Assembly: GCA_965238005.1 (NCBI GenBank)
Contig: OZ250165.1
Location: 4,320,001 to 4,384,000, forward strand
Origin: Longimicrobiales bacterium
GTDB lineage: Bacteria > Gemmatimonadota > Gemmatimonadetes > Longimicrobiales > Gaopeijiaceae
Direction: 5' to 3'
DNA: 64,000 bases
Shown here: piece after piece, positions 18,793-28,751 of the stretch
How the letters are laid out: every line of letters starts with the position of its first letter
Numbering within the stretch: position 1 is the stretch's first letter
Made by a program: the position numbers and the translations under genes
The notes under the pieces: model-generated
Seen by the model: the letters and a program-made list of their open reading frames with translations, nothing else
What the model was told of the DNA's origin: nothing
Databases searched by the model: none

Positions 18793-19458
18793 CTAGTCGT
18801 CGCGCGGTTGGCGAACGAGTCGGATGTACGGCAGCGGCTGTTCCCAACCATCAGGGAACCTCTCCTTCGCCTCCTCGTCGGAAACCGACGGCGACATGAT
18901 CACGTCGTCGCCCTGCTGCCAGTTCGCGGGCGTGGCGAGCTGCTTCTCAGCCGTGAGCTGACACGAGTCGAGCAACCGGAGGATCTCGGCGAAGTTCCGT
19001 CCCGTGCTCATGGGATACGTCAGCGTCGCCTTGATCCTCTTGTCCGGCCCGATCACGAAGACCGACCGCGCCGTCGCGTTGTCCGCCGGCGTGCGCCCCT
19101 CCGACGTGTCGCCTGCGTCTGCCGGCAGCATGTCGTACACCTTCACGACTTCCAGATTCGGATCGCCGATCAGCGGGTAAGTCACCGCGTGACCCTGCGA
19201 CGCCTCGATGTCCTTCGACCATGCCTGGTGGTCGCTCACACCATCGACGCTGATGCCGATGATCTTGCAGTTCCGGGCCGCGAACTCGCCCTGAAGACCC
19301 GCGACGGCACCGAGCTCCGTGGTGCAGACCGGCGTGAAGTCCTTAGGGTGCGAGAACAGGAGAGCCCAACCGTCACCGATCCAGTCGTGGAAGCTGATCG
19401 TTCCCTGCGTGGTTTCGGCCGTGAAGTCGGGCGCGGTGTCGTTGATGCGTAAAGCCAT
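18793..19458 (-). CDS. 1-Cys peroxiredoxin (Prx6 family)
   Basis: LFSHPKDFTPVCTTE, YPMSTGRNF, ATPANW. Confidence 0.95.
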   Translation of the reverse strand: MALRINDTAPDFTAETTQGTISFHDWIGDGWALLFSHPKDFTPVCTTELGAVAGLQGEFAARNCKIIGISVDGVSDHQAWSKDIEASQGHAVTYPLIGDPNLEVVKVYDMLPADAGDTSEGRTPADNATARSVFVIGPDKRIKATLTYPMSTGRNFAEILRLLDSCQLTAEKQLATPANWQQGDDVIMSPSVSDEEAKERFPDGWEQPLPYIRLVRQPRDD

Positions 19459-19564
19459 GGGTTCCTCCAATGATCCAATGTGTGGTTTGCTATGCCACTG
19501 AGCGGTGCGGATCGAGAATGCGAACGGGCGAACGCACCTTCGCTCACAGGGCTGGGCGGTGATG

Positions 19565-20494
19565 CTACCCCTTCACGATCGCCGTCGCCACCTGTCTGCC
19601 TGCCTGCCTCGGCGCCACGGGTTTCAGCGTATCACCCTCTGCGGCCTCGCCCTCTACAATGGTGCAGACCGACGACTGCGAGAGCACGCGTGTGACCTCG
19701 ATGACTCCCACCACGTCGGTGATCTGGTCGAGAACCTCGCCCGCGGCGTTGACGATCTCGTCGATCACGCGGTGCACTTCGGAGCGCTGGCCGACCTGCA
19801 CGCCGAAGTTCTCGCCCTGGTCGATGTAGATCGATCCGTCGGCGGCGCTGCCCACGATCACCGGCATCGCCACCGGGGGCGCGGCGACCTCCGTGATCAC
19901 GAACCTGTCCCTCTGGCGCACGAGTGCTTCGACGATGTTGTCCGCGGCCGGGCCGAGGGCTTCCTCCGCGGCGCCCCGGTCCATCGCCGACATGCTGATG
20001 ACCCCGCTCACGTTAACGAGTCGCTTGCTCCCGGAGCCCTCCGTGGCCGTGATGATCTCGCCCGTCTCCGTGCTGAAGGCACGGACGTTCATCTCGCTCT
20101 CGGCTTCCGTGTAGCCGACGTTCCTGCCCAGGACGCGTGTGCCCCTCTCGTCGATGGAGAACCGCGTCACGGAGCCGGTGATCAGATACATGACGCCGGC
20201 GAGTCGACCGATCTCGACAACGTCGCTCGGGTTGACCTGGCCTGAGAGCTGGAAGCCCTGCTCCTCGAGGATCGCTTGCAGCCGCTCGCGCTCGATGACG
20301 GTGAACGCCCCCGAGTTCACGAGCCGCGTTACGATCATGTCGGCGGCCACGTTGCCCATCTCGCCGGCCCACCGGTCGGTCCTGTTGTCGAAGGGGAAGA
20401 CCGCCACTCGCGGCTTGTCCTGGGCGAGAACCGGCCCACCCGCCGAAAGCACGGCTGCGGTGGCGACAATGATTCCTCTGAGCAGCTTGCTCAT
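19565..20494 (-). CDS. CsgG/HfaB family secreted protein
   Basis: Signal peptide, RVAVFPFDN, FTVIERERLQAILEEQ, YLITGSVTRF. Confidence 0.85.
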   Translation of the reverse strand: MSKLLRGIIVATAAVLSAGGPVLAQDKPRVAVFPFDNRTDRWAGEMGNVAADMIVTRLVNSGAFTVIERERLQAILEEQGFQLSGQVNPSDVVEIGRLAGVMYLITGSVTRFSIDERGTRVLGRNVGYTEAESEMNVRAFSTETGEIITATEGSGSKRLVNVSGVISMSAMDRGAAEEALGPAADNIVEALVRQRDRFVITEVAAPPVAMPVIVGSAADGSIYIDQGENFGVQVGQRSEVHRVIDEIVNAAGEVLDQITDVVGVIEVTRVLSQSSVCTIVEGEAAEGDTLKPVAPRQAGRQVATAIVKG

Positions 20495-20516
20495 GAGTCG
20501 AACCTCCGATGGTTAG

Positions 20517-21995
20517 CTAGTCGCGAAGCGCCCGCACGAGCCAGCCTCTGGCAGCGGTTGCACCCTGTCTGCCGGCTTCCAGGGCGGCCTCGGTCCGGGC
20601 GTCGAGCGCGGTGCGTCCGGGCTTGGCGGGCTCGCCTCCCATGCCAACCCGGAACGCGGCCGAGTTGACGACCTCTCCCGTAGAGACCCGGTACATCCGG
20701 AGCTCGAGCTGCGCGCTGCCGCCGAACATGGGGCCGACGGCCTGAGTGGCGGTCGACTGGAGATCACCGACGATCATGAACTCCGCCCCGTACCGCCGCC
20801 CGAGGCTCGCGAGGGATGCGAAGTCACCCTCGAGCGCCGACCGTACGGCCGGCTCGTCCTCCCGGATGAGCGCCAGGCTGCTGGCGTCCATCACCCTCAC
20901 CTCCCGGCGGCTCCTCAGCGAGCGGAGGATCGATCCCTCCACGAGTCGGGGACCCGGACCGTCGCCGTACACGATGACGAGTAGGCCGTTACGGGGTGCC
21001 TCATCGACGACCCCCTCATCGGGAGTCTCGGCTGCCGTGGTGGGCCTGACCCCGGGCTGCTGGGGCCCAGGGTCGTCGACGGGGGGCGTCTGCGTGTCCG
21101 TGCCGGAGTCGCCACCACCCGCGATGGAGTCGGTCGCCCGCCCGACGTCGGGAAGCGGCTCACTCGCCTGTCCCCCGGCGTCCTCCGCAGGCGAGCTCTG
21201 CTGATCCGTCGCGACGGCGGCCGGCGGGTCGCCGCCTTCCTCGCCCTCCGCCCGTGATCCTTCGCCCACGGTGACGGTTGACGCGACGAAGACCGAGAGG
21301 AGAATGAAGCCGACCACCGAGGTGGCTATTCCCACGGCCACGGCCTTCCGGTGCCAGGCGCTCGTCCGCTTGGGCGGTCGGTCGGAGGCGGCCGCCGCTG
21401 CGGCGCCGGCGAGGGCCGACTCGGGCACCGCGACCGTCTCTCCCGGACGGGCGAGCACGTAGAGCGTGGCTGGCTTGTCGACGCCCTTGAGCGAGTGCTG
21501 ACCGATGGACTGCGGGTCGTACTTGGACCGGTTGCGGATCAACCGATACACTTCTTCACTCACTACGATCTGGTCTGCGGTCGCGACGCCCTCGATGCGG
21601 GCGGCCACGTTGACGCCGTCGCCGTACACGTCTCCGTCTTCGGCCTCGACGACCTCACCGACGTGGACGCCGACGCTCAGGCTACAGTCGTGTGAGCGTA
21701 CGACTTCCAAGCCGTCGAAGGCCTCACGGAGCGCGATCGCGCTCTCGAGGGCTCGGTTGGTCGAGTCGAAGACGGCGAGAGCGCCGTCCCCGAGGAACTT
21801 CACGACCCGGCCCTTGCCCCCGACAGCTTCATGGACGAGCCGCTGGAACTCGTCCACTATCGCCAGCGCCGCGTCCTCGTCCCGGTTGGAGAGGGCCGTG
21901 TAGCCGACGATGTCGGCGAACCAGACGGCGGCGAGGCGCCGTGTGCGATCCCGTGCCACGTCTACGAAGTTAAGGCCATATGGTCGCTCATGCAT
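20517..21995 (-). CDS. Class III cyclase domain + TM + low-complexity linker + extracellular CsgG-like domain
   Basis: RRLAAVWFADIVGYTAL, VKFLGDGAL, GVHVGEV, YGDGVNVAARIE. Confidence 0.85.
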   Translation of the reverse strand: MHERPYGLNFVDVARDRTRRLAAVWFADIVGYTALSNRDEDAALAIVDEFQRLVHEAVGGKGRVVKFLGDGALAVFDSTNRALESAIALREAFDGLEVVRSHDCSLSVGVHVGEVVEAEDGDVYGDGVNVAARIEGVATADQIVVSEEVYRLIRNRSKYDPQSIGQHSLKGVDKPATLYVLARPGETVAVPESALAGAAAAAASDRPPKRTSAWHRKAVAVGIATSVVGFILLSVFVASTVTVGEGSRAEGEEGGDPPAAVATDQQSSPAEDAGGQASEPLPDVGRATDSIAGGGDSGTDTQTPPVDDPGPQQPGVRPTTAAETPDEGVVDEAPRNGLLVIVYGDGPGPRLVEGSILRSLRSRREVRVMDASSLALIREDEPAVRSALEGDFASLASLGRRYGAEFMIVGDLQSTATQAVGPMFGGSAQLELRMYRVSTGEVVNSAAFRVGMGGEPAKPGRTALDARTEAALEAGRQGATAARGWLVRALRD

Positions 21996-22001
21996 CTCCT
22001 C

Positions 22002-22053
22002 GGATCAGACCGAGGTCAAGATCCTATGCGCGGGCTGGTAGGCGTAAGCAGAA
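22002..22053 (-). promoter_or_regulatory. Conserved kinase/cyclase leader element, copy 3
   Basis: Minus strand TTCTGCTTACGCCTACCAGCCCGCGCATAGGATCTTGACCTCGGTCTGATCC, followed by GAGGAG-ATG. Confidence 0.75.
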
Positions 22054-22248
22054 TCCTGTCAGAACGCTTGCAAGTGCTCGGAACCCCCGGAGGTGGCGGC
22101 CCAAGACCCTTTTCCGCTCTGGCGTGAAGACGTCGTCACCCCGTTCATGTTGACCGCTTTGGTCCGGCCTCTCACCTTATCCCCACCCGTAAAAGGGTTT
22201 TTGTTTTGCCGGTTCTTGGCGGAAGGGTAGAATCCGACGAGGTGCATC

Positions 22249-24531
22249 ATGGAGTCGATGGGTACTTTGGGTAAGCGTTCGCGTGTCCTGACCTGCCTCG
22301 GCGGGGTTCTCTTCTTGACCGCCTGTGGTGGGGCCGCCACACCGGCGCCCCGGCCGGCACCGGTAGCCGACCCCGATCCGGCGGACCCACCGGCGGAGGT
22401 GGTTGCCGAAGCTCCGCCTCAGACCGCCGAGCCTCAGCCCTTCGTGTACGGGGTGGACCTCGACACGGTCCAGGCCAGCCGCTTCGACCAGGGGAAGATG
22501 TGGACGTTCGAGCTTCCCCCGGTCGGCTACTTCGAGCAGACGTACGGATTCCGTCCGGACGACGCATGGTTCGAGAAGGCCCGACTCGGCTCGCTGCGCC
22601 TCTCGAACTGCTCGGCTTCCTTCGTCTCTCCGAACGGACTCGTCCTGACCAACCACCACTGCGCGCGCGAGTTCGTCTCGCAGGTCTCGGGCGACGGGGA
22701 GTCGCTTCTCGACGACGGCCTGGTGACGCGGGACCTCGCCGACGAGCGGTCCCTGGAGGACTTCCAGGCCGACCAGCTCGTCGACATCGTCGACGCCACC
22801 GACGAGGTGAACTCGACGCTCGACGCGCTTCCCACCGCGCAGCGGGTGGAGCGGCGAGAGAGCCTCCTCGAAGAGATCGAGGCGCGCATCTTGGAGGAGC
22901 TGGGTGGTGAGGACTCCGGGCACGTGGTCGAGATGATCTCGCTGTACAACGGCGGGCGCACGTCCGCGTATGTCTTCCGCCGCTACACGAACGCGAAGCT
23001 CGTCTTCGTCCCCGAGCTGCAGATCGGATTCTTCGGTGGCGACCCCGACAACTTCACCTACCCCCGCTACAACCTCGACTTCTCCTTCTTCCGCATTTAC
23101 GACGACGACGGGCGGCCGCTGTCGACCGAGAACTACTTCCAGTTCGACGACGACGGTCTGGAGGAGGGCGATCCCATCTTCATCGTCGGCAATCCCGGCT
23201 CGACCAGCCGACTCCAGACCGTGGCCGAGCTCGAGTTCCGCCGAGACGTGAGCGACCGCGCGATCCTCGACCTGCTGCGCTCCCGGATGGAGGCCCTCGA
23301 CTCATACATCAACGAGTTTCCGGAGGACGCCGAGGAGCGAGATCTCAGGAATACGTATTTCAGCCTGTCGAACTCTTTGAAGGCGTATACGGGGCAAGTG
23401 CGCGGCCTCGAGGACCCGATCATCATCGCGCGCCGCAAGGACACCGAGCGGGACTTCCAGGCGGCGATCGACGCCGATCCGGCGCTCTCTGGCCGTTACG
23501 GATCGCTGATCGCCGATATGGCTGAGCAACAGGATCAGAAGCGCGCGCAAGCGCCCGGCTTCGGCGCCTTCCTCGCGATGTCGAGTCCCGCTATAGCGTC
23601 GTCGACGCTGCATCGCGCCCTCATCGCCTTTCAGATCCTGAATGCACGACAGAGCGGCGCTCCCGCCGACGCGATCGAAGGCCTCATGGAGCAGCTGCGC
23701 AGCGTCCCGGATCAGGCTTCCGAGCTCGACCAGGCGTTCGTCGAGGCACGGTTCCACGACTTCACGCACTCCTACGGTGACAGCTCACCGCTCTCCACGG
23801 CGGTGCTGCAGGGCATGAGCGTCGAGGCCCGAGCCGCTGCCGTGGTCAGTGGGTCGCAGCTCCAAGACTCGGCGGCCGCGGTCGCCGCGATCGAGAACAA
23901 CACGTTGACCATGGCCGACCCCGCGCTCGGGATCGTGGGCGCCTATCTGCCTACCTTCTCCCAGTTCCAGCAGATCGTCGCGTCTGTCTTCCCGCAGGAG
24001 GAGGAGATCGCTGCCGAGCTGGGTCGGGCCCGCTTCGAGATCTACGGGATCGATGAGCCGCCCGACGCGACCTTCTCGCTCAGGATCGCCGACGGGGTCG
24101 TGACCGGATACGACTACAACGGCACGCGGGCGCCGGCGTTCACCACGATCTACGGCTTGTACGACCGCCACTTCTCGCACGCGGGTGACGATGACTGGGC
24201 ACTCCCGGACCGCTGGCTGGACGCGCGGGAGACGCTCGATCTCTCGACGCCGATCAACTTCGTCTCGACGGCCGACATCATCGGCGGCAACTCCGGTTCG
24301 CCGGTTCTGGACCAGGAGCTCGAGGTGGTCGGAGTGGTCTTCGACGGCAACATCGAGAGCCTGCCGGGGGACTACATCTATGTTCCGGAGCTGAACCGGT
24401 CCGTCACGGTCGACGTGCGTGCCATCCTGGAGGCCCTCGACGAGATCTACGACAGCGACAGGTTGGTGCTGGAGCTCACCACGGGTCGACTCGTGGAAAC
24501 CGAGGAGGAGGCCGACCGGGCAGGGCGCTAG
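22249..24531 (+). CDS. S46 family dipeptidyl peptidase, lipoprotein
   Basis: LTAC lipobox, CSASFVSPNGLVLTNHHC, FFGGDPDNFTYPR, DIIGGNSGSPV. Confidence 0.93.
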   Translation: MESMGTLGKRSRVLTCLGGVLFLTACGGAATPAPRPAPVADPDPADPPAEVVAEAPPQTAEPQPFVYGVDLDTVQASRFDQGKMWTFELPPVGYFEQTYGFRPDDAWFEKARLGSLRLSNCSASFVSPNGLVLTNHHCAREFVSQVSGDGESLLDDGLVTRDLADERSLEDFQADQLVDIVDATDEVNSTLDALPTAQRVERRESLLEEIEARILEELGGEDSGHVVEMISLYNGGRTSAYVFRRYTNAKLVFVPELQIGFFGGDPDNFTYPRYNLDFSFFRIYDDDGRPLSTENYFQFDDDGLEEGDPIFIVGNPGSTSRLQTVAELEFRRDVSDRAILDLLRSRMEALDSYINEFPEDAEERDLRNTYFSLSNSLKAYTGQVRGLEDPIIIARRKDTERDFQAAIDADPALSGRYGSLIADMAEQQDQKRAQAPGFGAFLAMSSPAIASSTLHRALIAFQILNARQSGAPADAIEGLMEQLRSVPDQASELDQAFVEARFHDFTHSYGDSSPLSTAVLQGMSVEARAAAVVSGSQLQDSAAAVAAIENNTLTMADPALGIVGAYLPTFSQFQQIVASVFPQEEEIAAELGRARFEIYGIDEPPDATFSLRIADGVVTGYDYNGTRAPAFTTIYGLYDRHFSHAGDDDWALPDRWLDARETLDLSTPINFVSTADIIGGNSGSPVLDQELEVVGVVFDGNIESLPGDYIYVPELNRSVTVDVRAILEALDEIYDSDRLVLELTTGRLVETEEEADRAGR

Positions 24532-24566
24532 CGAGAGAGGGTGTTCGGGACCGGCGATCCGCCGGC

Positions 24567-26342
24567 CTAGAGGGGCCAGAACCAGGGAATCAAGAGCGTG
24601 CCCAAGACCCAGAATATGAGGTTGAGTGGTGCGCCAACACGAACGAAGTCCACGAACCGGTACTGGCCGGGCCCATAGATCATCGTGTTCGTCTGGTAGC
24701 CAACCGGCGTCATGAAGCTCGACGACGCCGCAAACACGACCGCGAACATGAAGGTGCGCGGGTTCGCGTCGATCGAAAGCGCGGTGGTGATCGCGATAGG
24801 GAGTAACAGCGCGACAGTCGCGTTGTTCGACATCACTTCTGTCAGCAACATGGTGATGCCGAAAAATGCAGCAAGCAGCGCAATCGGCCCGAATCCACCG
24901 ACCCCGTCAATCATCCCTCCCGCCAGCATCGTCGAAGCGCCAGTTTTTTCCAATGCGGCGCCCAGCGCAAGCATGCCCGCCAGTAGGAAGAGCACGTTCC
25001 ACTCGATCGCCCCGTAAGCCTCCTCCGTCGAGATGCACCCGCTCAGCACCATCATCAGGGCGCCCGCGGCTGCAGCAGCCACAATCGACAGCATTCCGGT
25101 TGCCGCGATCACAACGACCGAGACCACGATGACGAGCGCTTTGGTGGCCTTGGGCCAGTTGAAACGTGGGATCCCGGCCCTGGACACCAACAGGAACACG
25201 CGCTGCTGGGTGAGATGCTCGATCTGGTCGTTCGGTACGTCGATCAGCAGCGTGTCTCCCGGCATCAGCTTCATGTTCTGAAACTCGCCATGCGTTAGCG
25301 CTCCGTGCTGCCGGACGGCCAGCACGGCGGCTCCGTAATTCTCTCGTAGATGCGACTCGGCGAGGGACGTCCCGGCCAGCGGTGAGCTGGGCCCGACGAC
25401 TGCCTCAACGAGCCTGGTGTCGGTGGACTCGAGGTCCTCGTCACGCCACTTCATGCTCATGCCGAAGGTCACTCCGGCGCGGTCCTTCAGCTCGTTGATC
25501 GTGTGCAGATCCCCCTTGATGCGAAGAACGTCGTGTTCGCGAAGGATGATCTCAGCAGTCGGGCGCAGGGTGTCCTCGCCGCGTAGGATCTGCAGAACTT
25601 CGACGCCCAGCTCTTCGACGAGCGGCGCCGATGCCAGTGACTGGCCGACTGATTTCGATTCCGCCAGTAACACGAGGTCGGTCAGGTAGTCGCCCATACC
25701 GAAGCTCTTCGTCAGATCCCCTTTGCCGCGGTGGTCGGGAACGAGCTTTCTGCCCACCGTCATCATGTAGGCGACTCCGACGGCGAAGAAGATCACGCCG
25801 AGCTTCGTGAACTCGAACATGCCGAAGGCTTCGAGCCCTGCCTGCTCGGCTATCGAGCTCGCCAGGATGTTGGTCGATGTCCCAAGCACGGTGCACATGC
25901 CTCCAAACATGGAAGCGAAGGAGAGGGGCATCAGCAGTTTTGAGGGGCTCGTGTCTGCTCGCCGCGCGACGACGATGACGACAGGGATCAGGATTGCCAC
26001 CGCAGCCGTATTGTTCAGGAAGGATGACAGCACGCCGACACCCACCATCACCAGGAACAGCGTCAGCCCCGAGCTGTGCCGGGCCAGTCTCCCGAGCGCT
26101 CTGCTAACGAAGTTCACCGCGCCGCTCCGGAACATTCCGGCGCTGAGCACGAACATCGCGCCGACCGTGACGGTTGCGGTGTTAGCGAAACCGGCCAACC
26201 CCTCCGCCGGGGTGAGAACGCCGGAGACGAGAAGCGCGATCATGACGAGGATGGCCACGACGTCGGTGGAGAATTTCTCGGTGACAAACAGCACCATCGC
26301 ACAGATCGTCAAGACCAGTACGAAGACGATTTCCCACGTCAC
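24567..26342 (-). CDS. SLC13/DASS family permease with TrkA-C domains
   Basis: SSFLNNTA, LLMPLSFASMFGGMCTVLGTSTN, VMSNNAT, FMTPVGYQTN. Confidence 0.92.
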   Translation of the reverse strand: MTWEIVFVLVLTICAMVLFVTEKFSTDVVAILVMIALLVSGVLTPAEGLAGFANTATVTVGAMFVLSAGMFRSGAVNFVSRALGRLARHSSGLTLFLVMVGVGVLSSFLNNTAAVAILIPVVIVVARRADTSPSKLLMPLSFASMFGGMCTVLGTSTNILASSIAEQAGLEAFGMFEFTKLGVIFFAVGVAYMMTVGRKLVPDHRGKGDLTKSFGMGDYLTDLVLLAESKSVGQSLASAPLVEELGVEVLQILRGEDTLRPTAEIILREHDVLRIKGDLHTINELKDRAGVTFGMSMKWRDEDLESTDTRLVEAVVGPSSPLAGTSLAESHLRENYGAAVLAVRQHGALTHGEFQNMKLMPGDTLLIDVPNDQIEHLTQQRVFLLVSRAGIPRFNWPKATKALVIVVSVVVIAATGMLSIVAAAAAGALMMVLSGCISTEEAYGAIEWNVLFLLAGMLALGAALEKTGASTMLAGGMIDGVGGFGPIALLAAFFGITMLLTEVMSNNATVALLLPIAITTALSIDANPRTFMFAVVFAASSSFMTPVGYQTNTMIYGPGQYRFVDFVRVGAPLNLIFWVLGTLLIPWFWPL

Positions 26343-26484
26343 TTTTGCCCCCTGTGCTCGATGTGTTGCCCGGATGCCGAAGAATACACCGTCGGCGCGC
26401 GCAGTGACGACCCGCTATCATTCGATTTTCCATCGAACCCTGAGGAGCGAGCCCGGTGAAGCTATTCCATTGGCTGGTGTTCGA

Positions 26485-27795
26485 ATGAGCGTGTCGACGA
26501 ATCAGCTCAAAGGTTGGATCGAGGATGCCCGAGCGCGAACATTTTCGATGGTGGACGATCTCGACGATGACCAGATGTCGGTGCCGTATTTGCCCACAGT
26601 GAACCCGTTCCTGTGGGAGCTGGGCCACGGGATATGGTTTCAGGAGTTCTGGGTGTTGCGTCATGCGCTCGGTGAAACGCCGCTCGGTGGAACGCCCCTG
26701 CTCGATGATCCGGATCACCTGTTCGACTCGGCCCATGTCGGACATGAGATGCGCTGGCATTTGAAGATGCCGGGACGAGTGGAGGTTGTGAGCTATGGAC
26801 AGCGAGTGCGGGATGCCGTTCTCGAGAAACTCGCCGAGGGTGAACCCAGCCCCGAGCTTCGCTACTTCCTGCTCCTGTCTGTGTTCCACGAGGACATGCA
26901 CCAGGAAGCGTTTTGTTACATGCGTCAGACGCTCGGCTACGCGCCGCCCAGCTGGCTCGGCCCGGCGCAGGCGGCAGCGGAGCCGTCGCCGTACGGTGAC
27001 GCGAGGATTCCGGGAGGCCGGGTCGACATCGGCGCGAGCAGGGACGAGCCGTTCGTGTTCGACAACGAAAAGTGGGCCCACCCGGTCGACATCGAGGCGT
27101 TCCACATTGCCCGCTCGCCGGTGACCCAAGCTCAGTTCCTGGAGTTCGTCGAGGACGGCGGCTATCGACGGTCCGAGCTGTGGAGTGACCCTGGCTGGCG
27201 CTGGCGGCTGGCTGCTGGCGCCGAGTGCCCGGTCTACTGGCGACTCCACGGCGATGCGTGGCAAAAGCGTGTCTTCGACACCTGGCGGGATCTCGAGGTG
27301 AATGTCCCAGTCGTCCACGTCAACTGGTATGAGGCGGACGCCTGGTGTCGCTGGGCGGGACGGCGCCTGCCGACCGAGCCTGAGTGGGAAGTCGCGGCGA
27401 CGGCCGAGGTCGATGGCGACGCGTTGACCGGTGCCCGGCGCCGGTACCCATGGGGCGACTCTCCCGAGCCGGGCCCCGAGAGAGCCAACCTCGATGGCAA
27501 CGGTGGCGGTCTCTGGCCGATCACGGCCGCCGCCGCGGGTGACACGCCAGCCGGCTGCCGGCAGATGCTAGGTAACGTCTGGGAGTGGACCGCCAGCGAC
27601 TTCCTGCCCTACCCGGGCTTCGTGGTCGACCCCTACGAGCAGTACTCGAAGCCGTGGTTCGGCTGTCGCAAGGTCTTGCGTGGCGGCTGCTGGATGACTC
27701 GAACGCGCATGCTGCGCCCCACCTGGCGCAACTACTTCACGCCGAATCGGCGGGACGTTTTCACGGGTTTTCGCACCTGCGCGATCGAGCGTTGA
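26485..27795 (+). CDS. senA: Selenoneine synthase SenA (EgtB-like sulfoxide/selenoxide synthase)
   Basis: DinB-like domain WELGHGIWFQEFW and HEDMHQE, FGE-like domain RRLPTEPEWE and GNVWEW; overlaps senB start. Confidence 0.85.
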   Translation: MSVSTNQLKGWIEDARARTFSMVDDLDDDQMSVPYLPTVNPFLWELGHGIWFQEFWVLRHALGETPLGGTPLLDDPDHLFDSAHVGHEMRWHLKMPGRVEVVSYGQRVRDAVLEKLAEGEPSPELRYFLLLSVFHEDMHQEAFCYMRQTLGYAPPSWLGPAQAAAEPSPYGDARIPGGRVDIGASRDEPFVFDNEKWAHPVDIEAFHIARSPVTQAQFLEFVEDGGYRRSELWSDPGWRWRLAAGAECPVYWRLHGDAWQKRVFDTWRDLEVNVPVVHVNWYEADAWCRWAGRRLPTEPEWEVAATAEVDGDALTGARRRYPWGDSPEPGPERANLDGNGGGLWPITAAAAGDTPAGCRQMLGNVWEWTASDFLPYPGFVVDPYEQYSKPWFGCRKVLRGGCWMTRTRMLRPTWRNYFTPNRRDVFTGFRTCAIER

Positions 27796-28751
27796 ACGTC
27801 ACCCTGGTCAGCCCGGCTCCAGTGACGTCGCTAGGCGGGAACCGCACGACCTCGGTGCGCTGGCAGCGGCTGTTGGAAGAGTTGGGGCACCCGACGGATC
27901 TCGTTCAGAGTTGGCAGGGTGACGAAGCCGAAGTCTTGATCGCGCTGCATGCACGAAAGAGCTTCGAATCGATCCGGCGATTCCACGAAGTGCGGCAGGG
28001 AGCACCGCTGGTGGTCGCGTTGGCCGGAACCGATCTGTATCGCGACCTCGACCAGAGCGACGAAGTGCTTCGTGCCCTCGAGATGGCGACCCGCGTCGTG
28101 GCCCTGCAGCCGGCAGCGCTCGAGCGCTTGCCGCGGGCGGTGCACGACAAGGTCCATGTCATCCTACAGTCGGCCGAGCCCCCGCCCTCGCCCCCGGAGA
28201 CCTTGCCGGATCGATTCGAAGTCTCTGTGCTATCCCACCTCCGGGCGATCAAGGATCCACTGATGGCCGCGGCCGCGACCCGGCGCCTGCCGGCGACTTC
28301 GCGCATCGTCGTGCGGCACGCCGGTAGCGCGCTCGACCAGGAGCTCGGCGAGGAGGCCCGCAAGGAGACCGAGACCAACCCGCGCTATCGATGGCTCGGG
28401 CCGCTGCCGTTCGATCTAGCCCGTGAGCTGCTCGCGAGCTCCCGTCTGATGGTACTCAGCTCGCGCGACGAGGGCGGTGCCAACGTGGTCTCGGAAGCGA
28501 TCGTTGCCGGGGTGCCGGTCCTGTCGACCGACATCCCCGGATCCAGGGGACTGCTCGGTGACGACTACCCCGGGTACTTCCCGGTCGGCGACGACGAGGG
28601 CCTCGCGAGCCTTCTGCTACGAGCCGAGTCCGAGCCCGCGTACCTGGCGGAGCTCAAGGAACACTGCGTGCGCTTGCGGCCTCGCTTTGCCCCGGAAAGG
28701 GAGCGGACGGCCTGGCAAGAGCTCCTGGGAAGCGTTCTCCGCACTCGCTAG
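27792..28751 (+). CDS. senB: Selenosugar synthase SenB glycosyltransferase
   Basis: GGNRTTSVRW, IALHARKS, LAGTDLYRD, HLRAIKDP, SSRDEGGANVVSE; TTG start overlapping the senA stop. Confidence 0.85.
   Translation: MNVTLVSPAPVTSLGGNRTTSVRWQRLLEELGHPTDLVQSWQGDEAEVLIALHARKSFESIRRFHEVRQGAPLVVALAGTDLYRDLDQSDEVLRALEMATRVVALQPAALERLPRAVHDKVHVILQSAEPPPSPPETLPDRFEVSVLSHLRAIKDPLMAAAATRRLPATSRIVVRHAGSALDQELGEEARKETETNPRYRWLGPLPFDLARELLASSRLMVLSSRDEGGANVVSEAIVAGVPVLSTDIPGSRGLLGDDYPGYFPVGDDEGLASLLLRAESEPAYLAELKEHCVRLRPRFAPERERTAWQELLGSVLRTR

Noticed and set aside
22132..22160. Possible IS terminal repeat (GTCGTCACCCCGTTCATGTTGACC)
   Set aside because: No partner inverted repeat or transposase seen.
25807..26484. 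N-terminal 226 aa of the 662-aa ORF containing senA
   Set aside because: Antisense to the SLC13 permease; SenA-like sequence begins about 26485.
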